64,000 nt of DNA from Psammoneis japonica (Eukaryota). This document shows positions 52,502 through 61,500 of this stretch, one piece after another; positions within the stretch are counted from its first letter, which is position 1, and the number at the start of each line of letters is the position of its first letter. The position numbers and the translations under genes are program-made. The stretch spans positions 62,001 through 126,000 of the forward strand of contig QPGO01000001.1 in assembly GCA_008632985.1 (NCBI GenBank), written 5' to 3'. The notes under the pieces were generated by a model. That model saw only the letters and a list, made by a program, of their open reading frames with translations, was not told the origin of the DNA and ran no database searches.

Positions 52502-52891
52502 GACGCGTTCCAGGTCTAGGTGGGACCTCGCACTACTGAACTGTGACATCGATAGTTTTTTGAGTCTCGTCGTATGTCGCGCACGTAGATTTCTACGTGA
52601 TTTTTTCGATATTTTGTGTCATTTTAAAGTTCACTTATTGAGCGATCCGTCCAACAACTTTTGACATTTTTTGTTATAGCGCGATTCTTTAATGTATTAA
52701 GAATCGCGTAGGGCAGGCGAAGTTGCAAAAACGTCGAGTGGTAAGAGGCATAATTGTACCACAAACTTGGCCGTTTATTTGATGTTGAAGATAAATGTGT
52801 CCATTAATTAAATTCTCGTACTACGGAGCTCGCACGTAGAATTCTACGGGCCCAATGTCACACGGAGTCCCACATAGGGCTGGAACGCGTC
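52502..52891. mobile_element. MITE, 390 bp, AT-rich, unmutated
   Basis: TIR GACGCGTTCCAG..CTA.GTGGGAC; 4-bp TSD GCCA (47361-47364 and 52892-52895) once the Harbinger is removed. Confidence 0.82.
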
Positions 52892-52994
52892 GCCAACCAC
52901 ATTGAGTGCTCTCAGCAAAGTCCACCCAAGGAGCACAGCAAAATGGCCAGAGCTCTCAGCTGACTAATGTTTTTTTTTCACACTTGGGGTGCTC

Positions 52995-53725
52995 TTCCAG
53001 TCTCACCCTTGGCGTGGTGTGAAGTGACATGGGGGCAACAACTGCACCAGAACAGCCTTGCAAAACTCAACCACAGTTCTTGAAGTGTTGCCTGGGGTCC
53101 ACCAAAGACCCCTGCACCCTCTGGATGTGGTTGTTGGGTTCTTGGTTGGTGCATTGATGGCATCCTTCCACTGCGGAGTTGGGGTTTCAAGTCTCACCCT
53201 TGGTGTGGTCAGAAGTGACACAGGGCCCCACAGCTTAGCCAGGGTGGCCTTGCAACTCTCAAAATCACAGCTCTCAAAGTGTCCCCTGGGGTCCGCCAAA
53301 TGCCCTCAATGCCCTCTGACTGCAGTTGTTGGATTGGTTGGTGCACTTGTCATGGTGTCCTTTCACTGTGGACTTGGGATTTCAAGTCTTGCCCTTGGCG
53401 AGGTGTGAAGTGGCATGGGGCCACAGCTGCGCCAGGGTGGCCCTTGCAGCTGTCAACCCACAGTTCTCAAAGTGTTGCCTGGGGTCCACCAAAGGCACCC
53501 AGGGCCCTCTGGCTGCAGTTGTTGGGTCAGTTGGTGCATTCATGGTGTCCTTTCACTGTGGAATTGGGGTTTCAAGTCTCACCCTCATTGTGGTGTAAAG
53601 TGACTGTGGCAACAACTGTGCAAGAGTGGCCTTGAAAGTCTCAACCACAGCTCTTGAAGCATGCCTGGGGTCCACCAAAGACCCCCAATGTGCTCTGGCT
53701 GCAGTTGTTGGGTTGGTTGGTGCAA
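52995..53725 (+). repeat. Tandem array, about 4 units of 186-194 bp, related to the 33.6-36.3 kb array
   Basis: CCTGGGGTCC at 53091, 53285, 53478, 53664; shares CTGCAGTTGTTGGGTTGGTTG, GTGTCCTTTCACT and TTCTCAAAGTGTT with the larger array. Confidence 0.88.
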
Positions 53726-54019
53726 TCAATCTGTGTGGAGTGACAGCTGCTGCGGCCATGACTTTCTCCACTCGCTCTCATCAACAGACATCTTTTGCTG
53801 CAAATTCCGCAGCAAATGGCGGCTCCTCTCTGTGGCAGCAAACAATGGAAACCACCATTCTGTGGCAGTCATCTAGAGCAAATGCACAGAACTCATCAGT
53901 CGTTTGGATTTGATGGTTTGACACATTTGACGCACTGGCACTCCTGGTGGAAAACTCAACACGACCCACAACAAAACAACCCCGATCCGCACCCTTCTCT
54001 GTGACCCCCTCTGCATTGT

Positions 54020-54330
54020 CATTCAAGCATGACACAGCCTTGATGTTTCCTGCACTCTGTCAAATTTGCACTCCAGGGTGTCTGGAAGAGAGTGTCAGGG
54101 CCAACTGTCAATGCTAAAAACTGAGTCTAGACGAGAACACTCACCTGCGTCAGAGTGGGAACAGTGCGAGGCACCCTCCCAGCAAGTGACATGTTGTCAT
54201 TTTCAAGCATGACAGACCCTTGACATTTCCTTCACTCTTTCAAATTCGCACTCTGGGGTGCATGAAAGAGAGTGTCAGAGCCAACCAACAACAGAAAAAC
54301 CAAAACTCAACGAGAACACTCACCCACTGC
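54020..54330 (+). repeat. Tandem duplication, period 180 bp
   Basis: TTCAAGCATGACA...GAGAGTGTCAG.GCCAAC...ACGAGAACACTCACC at 54022 and 54202. Confidence 0.8.
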
Positions 54331-54636
54331 GGTAAAAAAAAGGTTGTGTTCTGTTTTTTCCCAGCAACTCGGTCATTGTTTTACCCAAAATGCCTCACCC
54401 AGTTAATTGGTCCATCAAAAAATTCAGATCCAGCAAATTGTTCCAGGAAAAACGCAAGTTGCTTGGGAAAATCAACGGATCACTGGATCTTTCGCGTGCA
54501 GTGATGTTGTGTTGGATTTTTCAGTGGATTTTTTCAGCGAGGGCGTTGATTGGTGATTGGAATTGCAGGACTCAAAAAGTGGAGACAGACAGACTCACGG
54601 TTTTTTGACAAATTTTGGCAATAGCGAGAGATGCCG

Positions 54637-55160
54637 TAAGGACTGAGGCGAGCGCGCGGCTACACGAAGTTGTCAGTCCCGTCTACTCGTGACTCAGTAC
54701 ATTTCTACGGTGAAAATTGCGTAGGAATCAGAAGATGACAAAAACGGTCAGATAACTTCCGCTAACTACAATATCAGCTGCACCTAATGTACATTCCATG
54801 TTCTTTTATACATGAATTAACAAATTTAAGCGTTAGATGCAGTTACTTTGATGAATTTCGCCAAAATAACGCTAAGCACTGTATTGCGTACAAATCCACG
54901 GCACTCCGTACGATTCGTGTTTTGTTTCGGATAACTTCCAATTCGTCAAAGTAACTGCATGTAACGCCTAAAATAGTTAATTCAGCTATCAACGAACAAA
55001 GAATGTACATTAGGTGCAGTTCATATTGTAGTTAGCGGAAGTTATCTGACCGTTTTTGTCATCGTCGGATTCCTACGCAATTTTCACCGTAGAAATGTAC
55101 TGAGTCACGAGTGGGCGGGACTGACAACTTCGTGTAGCCGCGCGCTCGCCTCAGTCCTTA
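54637..55160. mobile_element. Long-TIR MITE/foldback, about 520 bp, TA-flanked, unmutated
   Basis: TA|AGGACTGAGGCGAGCGCGCGGCTACACGAAG ... CTTCGTGTAGCCGCGCGCTCGCCTCAGTCCT|TA; arms near-perfect for about 160 bp and imperfect beyond. Confidence 0.92.
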
Positions 55161-55308
55161 CAAGTAGTAGAAAAACACACCATGACACACAAGGGACGCG
55201 ATGCACGGTCTACTCTACTCTAGCTAGCTCTAGAGAAAAGAAATGAACTACAAATAATGTGCAGTGTGATTGACACTGTACAAAAGGATACAATGTAAGA
55301 ATGAATTT

Positions 55309-57732
55309 CTAATTGTTGCTTGTCGTGAATGCATACGCGGATCCGGAATCCTCGCCATTGACATGAGCTCCAAGAGCACCAACTCCAACGACGCTTCCAT
55401 CGGCCGACAAGGACACGGAATGTCCAAAGTTATCATACTCAGCCTCGCCATTCAAAGGATCGCCGACTTGCTTCCATTCGTCTGCATTGCTGTCGTGCTG
55501 AAAGATTCGAGCTTGACCCGCACGGTCTAATCCATTGGCGTCATGATGGCGACTTCCGACCGCCAAAACGTTTCCATTCCCACTCAATGACACTGACCAA
55601 CCAAAATCACTGTTGGGCTGTTGCCTCAAGATAGTTTGGCCACGTTGATTCCATGTCAAAGTCGAGCGGTCGTGCGAATAAACCGAAACTCTCTCGTTCC
55701 TTCCATATGCACCCACGGCCACGATCAAACCACTGTCGTCAAGAGAAACAGAATGTCCAAACCACTCATTCACGACTTGGCCATTGATTGGATCGCCCAA
55801 CAAATCCCATTTTGATGAGGCAGAATTGTATTCAAACACCGACACTTGACCCGCACTGCTTCCACCTGAATCATTCCGTTGCACTCCAACGCCAACAATG
55901 GTTCCCTGCGCATTCAAGGAAACGGAAACACCAAAACGATCACTGTCGGCTTGGCCAATGAGTTTTTGTCCGAGTTGCCTCCAAGATGATGTGTCACGGT
56001 CGTATTGAAATAATCGAACAGATCCAGAATCAAGGCCATTTTCTGTGTCATCGACATGAGCTCCGACGGCAATAATGTCTCCCGCATCCGAGAGAGACAC
56101 GGATAAACCAAAATCATCATAAGCGTCTTGTCCAAGAATATCGCTACCAAGTTGAACCCAACGATCCGATGCCGAGCTGTATTCAAATACACGAACGTGA
56201 CCGGCATTCCATCCGCCACTGTTGTTATCATCAGCTCCAACTGCAAGAATCGTGCCGTCGCCGTTTAACGAAACAGACTCTCCAAAACCGTCGCGGCCGT
56301 CTTGTCCAATCAATTCTTGGCCAATTTGTATCCATTGTTGGGTGCTTGGATTGTATCGCTGCACAACAACATAGCCGGGAGTGGAAGAAGAAGTTTCGTG
56401 ATCCGCTCCAATCGCCATGACAGTACCATCACGGGACAAGGATACGGAATCGCCAAAATAATCATTTTCAGCCTTGCCGTGCAAGACTTGACCAACGGGA
56501 TTCCACGAACCGGTTTGCGGCAAAGTTGGATCCTCTTCGCCAACTGCAACAAAAGCATGTTGGGCACTCTCACCAAAATCACCCAATCCGTCAACCAGGA
56601 GTTTCCTTTCATCCGTTATGTCAGCGCTGTCGAAGAGTTTGTAGTAGCCGCCAACAATTCCGTCACCCCCCGTGTCGAAAATGTTAAACAGACATTCTTT
56701 TGCGCGAACAACGTCGATTTGCGCGGAGACAAGGCTGTTTGGTTTGCCCCCATACGTGCCAGGAGGAAAGGCAATGAGCTCCATTGCATCACAGTCCACT
56801 TCCCATCCAGTCTCTTCCGGTTTGTTGTCCAACTGGATGACGACTGATACGACCGTTGTCGTTAGTCGTGCGGCGTCTTTCTTTGTAGCTTGGATGGCAA
56901 CCACTGCAATTACTGCCGCAAGGATAAAAGTCGCCACAATCAGAATGAGTCGCCTCCAACGTCGTGTTTCCGTTGTTGCTTCGTCACTGCTCTTGTTCCC
57001 TACCGCCACAACTCCCTCTGCCGCGACAGCTGACTCAGCCAAGACACGACGAATCTGCAAGTCAATGTTCTCCCCTTGCGCGTCGTCGGCTACCTCGGCT
57101 GCAATAGGAAAAGAGAGAGGCGAGGTATCATCTGGCAAATCCGATCCCGCAAACATTCCAGCATCATCCAGCTCTTGATATGGAACGCGCCCGCTATCAG
57201 TTCTGTCTCCCTCCGTATACGCTCCAGGACTCGAAGGCGCCCGAGACGGTGCCGATTCAATATCTCTTCTTTCGTCGGTGTCACCAGAGTATGCCAGCAT
57301 GGTCACACCCGGAGTATCAAAAACATCTGCATGCTTGTGTCTCTTCGTGTGCAGCACATCTGCTGCACTATCTCCTTCGTGTGCCGGTACACCCGCAAAC
57401 TCAGGAACGCCGCCATCACCTGAATCGAGATACTGCTTCTTGTCCACAATAACCCTCTTCTTGACTGCACTTCCTTTCATGTCGTTGCGATTGGTTGGAG
57501 AGGGGGGATACCCAACTTGACGGGGACGACGACGACGACTTTGCTTGGACTTGCTGCTTGGTGGGGATTCCCATGATCCATCAGGCTTCACCATGGAAAA
57601 CTCTTCTGGACGACTGCTAATTCCCTCGTCGTTCGATTTCCGCGTTGCAAAATCATGGGGCAACGACGGAGGCAACGACGAAACCTCATCTGGTTCCTCT
57701 CCAACGCGCCCGGATGGATGACGGTGTGACAT
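55309..57732 (-). CDS. Single-pass membrane protein with 7-blade FG-GAP propeller, paralog of 9527-12133; N-terminus may extend by splicing to about 58310
   Basis: Open ORF; PGAYTEG motif; RRWRRLILIVATFILAAVIAVVAI TM; IQLDNKPEETGW...IFDTGGDG module; seven FG-GAP repeats closely similar to the paralog. Confidence 0.88.
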   Translation of the reverse strand: MSHRHPSGRVGEEPDEVSSLPPSLPHDFATRKSNDEGISSRPEEFSMVKPDGSWESPPSSKSKQSRRRRPRQVGYPPSPTNRNDMKGSAVKKRVIVDKKQYLDSGDGGVPEFAGVPAHEGDSAADVLHTKRHKHADVFDTPGVTMLAYSGDTDERRDIESAPSRAPSSPGAYTEGDRTDSGRVPYQELDDAGMFAGSDLPDDTSPLSFPIAAEVADDAQGENIDLQIRRVLAESAVAAEGVVAVGNKSSDEATTETRRWRRLILIVATFILAAVIAVVAIQATKKDAARLTTTVVSVVIQLDNKPEETGWEVDCDAMELIAFPPGTYGGKPNSLVSAQIDVVRAKECLFNIFDTGGDGIVGGYYKLFDSADITDERKLLVDGLGDFGESAQHAFVAVGEEDPTLPQTGSWNPVGQVLHGKAENDYFGDSVSLSRDGTVMAIGADHETSSSTPGYVVVQRYNPSTQQWIQIGQELIGQDGRDGFGESVSLNGDGTILAVGADDNNSGGWNAGHVRVFEYSSASDRWVQLGSDILGQDAYDDFGLSVSLSDAGDIIAVGAHVDDTENGLDSGSVRLFQYDRDTSSWRQLGQKLIGQADSDRFGVSVSLNAQGTIVGVGVQRNDSGGSSAGQVSVFEYNSASSKWDLLGDPINGQVVNEWFGHSVSLDDSGLIVAVGAYGRNERVSVYSHDRSTLTWNQRGQTILRQQPNSDFGWSVSLSGNGNVLAVGSRHHDANGLDRAGQARIFQHDSNADEWKQVGDPLNGEAEYDNFGHSVSLSADGSVVGVGALGAHVNGEDSGSAYAFTTSNN

Positions 57733-57781
57733 GTGGTGATGATCGAGCCAAAACCTGCTGCAGCGCGCATGGGGCAAAAAG

Positions 57782-58164
57782 GAAGAAGAAGAATCATGTT
57801 GGGACTGCTGATGGGACTGCTCAAAGTACAATTCTTGAATGATTGTTTGACAAGACTTACCGCAGATAGTTGATCTGATTGTGACTTCCTTACCGCTTTC
57901 AATGCTGCTGTCGCTTTCAATGCAATCGTATGTTCTTCTTCTGTTTTCTTTATGAGAACGTTGGGGCGAAAAGGAAGAAGGAGAAGGAGAAGAAGAAGAA
58001 ACATGTTGGAACTGCTGATGGGACTGCTCAAAGTACAATTAATAATGATTGTTTGACAAGACTTACCGCAGATAGTTGATCTGATGGTGACTTCCTTATC
58101 GCTTTCAATGCTGCTGTCGCTATCAATGCAATCGTATTCTTCTTTTGTTTTCTTTGTGAGAAGA
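57782..58164 (-). repeat. Tandem duplication (period about 208 bp) of an exon plus GTAAGT-donor unit
   Basis: YDCI(D/E)SDSSIES(D/G)KEVTIRSTICG|GTAAGT occurs twice. Confidence 0.85.
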
Positions 58165-58584
58165 ACCTTCCCAATTCTCGCGTGACTCCTTGTAGAAGCC
58201 ACAGCTTCTCTGGTACAGCATGTATCGAAAAAAGAGGGTACCAGCGCAAGTGGTGTTCTCGTTCTCCTGCGACGATGACACGATGCGAGTGCCTGGAGTT
58301 GACGTCATCGTTGACACGAGAGTTCGGGTAACCTCATTGCTGCTCCTGCTCCCATAACATGCATGTACAGCATGAGTGTCAGTGTGAATCAACTCCATAG
58401 CAGTGGAGGTTTCGCTCTCGATGTAAGCGCTGTGAGTTATGCGTCGTCGTCATGGTGGGTGTCTTGTTTCTTGTTGTTGGCGCTGTTTTGTGTCGCCACT
58501 CGCCACAATCGGGATGGAGGTGGCAGGGACGGACGAAAGAAATCCGATGTATCGGATTTAGTTAGAGTGCTGTTGTTAGAGTGC

Positions 58585-61500
58585 TGTTGGTAACGGCTGG
58601 TGCTGAGCCAACCGTTGTGACGTGTTATCGGAGGGAAGCGTTGGATTTCCCTCCAATGGCGCTCACTTGTTACGAGTAGTTGTAACAGGCCTAAGAGCAT
58701 CGTTAGATCGTTAGATTTTTTCTCATTCATTGGGTGCATGACTTCCAACGCGTCAGTGAAAATCCTGCCATTGACGGTTTGGATCAGGCGCGTTTTCTCG
58801 ATGCGCTGTCTACTGCATTGTCGAGGGCCGACATTTGCAGCCAGATGAGGGATCAATCCGAGTCCATTGCTCGTGAGGCGTCCCCTGGACTCTTGGAGAG
58901 CGAAAAGGTCTGGGTAAAATGGAGCACCGCTTTCAAGAACATGCTCAGCACGATGCTGGGAGTCGACGGCGTTCCGTTGATTTGTGTCATGCGCGAGAAC
59001 GAGGAGCCCGAGCCTGAAGGGCATGAGACTTTTATGCAGAAGTCGGTTGCATGCGCTCCACTCGAGGGTCCAGCTTTCGAAGCTGATTCTCGCACCGTTG
59101 GCCAACTGATCGTTTCGTTCACGAAAGGCACCCCAAGCGAGCAGTGGATCAAAGAGCACCACAACAGCCAGAACGGTCGTCTCTGCTGCGAATCTTTGGA
59201 GAACCACTGTCAGGGCGAGGGCAATGCCACCCGTTGTATCTCAGAAGCTGAGCGTTTGGAAAACACTCTACATTGCAGGAGTGAACGCTCCATGACGTTC
59301 GAAATGTTCGTGAACAAGCTTCAGGAGATGTTCAACATTTTCGAAGAGAATGATGAACCCAAGACGGAGGCTCAGAAGCTGCGATTGCTGTTCGACAAGG
59401 TGCAACACCAGCAGTTGCAGAACGTGGTAGAGACCCTGAAGGTGCAGAATGAGTTCGGAGGAGGGACCAGTTTTGCTGCAGCGTGCAACCATCTTGCCGC
59501 TAAAGTCGCCACTCTCCCGGAAACAGTTGCGCACCGTCGTGCGATTTCCTCTGTTGCGTCCGGCGTCAGCAAGGAAGGTGATTCCATTTACAAAGAAGAT
59601 GGGTCCATTGACACCGGATTTCACAAAAATTGGCATCAATTGAGCAAGGAAGACAAGAAGAAGGTCATGGACGAGCGTGTGCATTTGGGACTCAAGAAGA
59701 GGCCGGGTAACCCGAAGTGCCGCGCTGCATCCGTCAGATCGCTTAAAAAGAAGAATCGGAAGCTGACGTCCCAGCTTGAGCAAGCGAACCGCACTGTTTC
59801 TTCCTTGGAGACCACTGCCGGCACCGATTCCGGAAAGGTTGGTGCAGGAACTGGCGGTCAAGGCGGCAACAATGCCGGAGACGCATTTGGGGGATGCCAG
59901 GAGCGTCAGCAACGCAGCTGACTCCTGAGCTGGACCCTGTTCTGTAGCCTCATCCAATTTGCATTGTGGCCACTTCATTGGGGCGGGGGCCAGCCGCATC
60001 GTTCGAAAGAAACGTTGGTTCATGGGGACTGTCGTTGCATTTGTGAAATTACTGCTTCCACACGACGAGTCTCTGCGGCACGGACTAACACGCGTGCCAC
60101 TCACGTCCAAACAGACGATCAGGTAAAGCATGGGCGACTAGAATTGGACTCACATGCTGACACTGCTGTTTTTGGTTCTAACTTTACCCTCTCAGGTTAC
60201 ACTGGCAGAGAATGCGACGCATCACCTTGTGACGAGGGATGCGAAGCTGTCAAGAGTGTCCCAATCGCATCGGCGGCCACTGCGTGGACCTCACCGGCGA
60301 CGGGAGCAACGCACATCCTGGTGTTCCATGAAGGACTTTGGATGGCAGATTCCATGGAGAATTCTCTCCTTGACCCGAATCAGATGAGGCATTTCGGTGT
60401 CACGGTTCAGGATGACCCCTGTTCCGAGTCGCCGTTGCATGTCCTTGCGGAGGACAAGGGATTCATGCTACCCCTTGAGTTGATGGGCACTGGCATCATT
60501 GCGGCAACTCGGACCCCCACTGAAAGGGAGCTCCAAGAGTGCCCACACATCCAGTTGACCTGCCAACAACCTTGGGATCCACACAACGTCAAGTTTAAGC
60601 AGTCCAGACCTTGACGTTCTGTGGAGGAGGAAATGGAGTTGATTCGGTCGGTCGCAACTGTTCGGTCAAGCCCTGGCTACGCGTTCAGTCAGGATCCTGA
60701 TTGTGGCAACCCTCAGACCGGGGACTGTTGTGACAGGAGACTCATCTGCGGTGTGGACCAAGTTCAATCAAGATTGACAGCGTCAGTCCAGGTGGAAGCG
60801 GATGTTCAGATCGCGGCCACTGAGACGATCGGCTCGGAACTCGAAGACGTGCCGTCCCCGAAGACTTTCATGTCCAAGGAACGGCACAGTTCTGTCACCG
60901 CTGTTGACTTGAGTGAGCGCTGGGGCATTGGATTGAAACAAGCGACATCAACATTGAAGAAGACCACCCAGAAGCTAGTGAGATCGGCGCTTGTGCCCCT
61001 GGCCAGGCGTTGTCGAGCGGATCGGATGTTCACGAAGCCGAAACTTCGAGGCGAGTGGGCGACTGATGCGGTCGACGGCAAAGTGGNNNNNNNNNNNNNN
61101 NNNNNNNNNNNNNNNNNNNNNNNNNNNNNNNNNNNNNNNNNNNNNNNNNNNNNNNNNNNNNNNNNNNNNNNNNNNNNNNNNNNNNNNNNNNNNNNNNNNN
61201 NNNNNNNNNNNNNNNNNNNNNNNNNNNNNNNNNNNNNNNNNNNNNNNNNNNNNNNNNNNNNNNNNNNNNNNNNNNNNNNNNNNNNNNNNNNNNNNNNNNN
61301 NNNNNNNNNNNNNNNNNNNNNNNNNNNNNNNNNNNNNNNNNNNNNNNNNNNNNNNNNNNNNNNNNNNNNNNNNNNNNNNNNNNNNNNNNNNNNNNNNNNN
61401 NNNNNNNNNNNNNNNNNNNNNNNNNNNNNNNNNNNNNNNNNNNNNNNNNNNNNNNNNNNNNNNNNNNNNNNNNNNNNNNNNNNNNNNNNNNNNNNNNNNN

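Noticed and set aside
3030..54600. Very many overlapping Cys/His-rich ORFs in all six frames as real small genes
   Set aside because: Loss of TpA removes TAA and TAG stops and creates TGY/CAY codons, so long spurious ORFs are expected.
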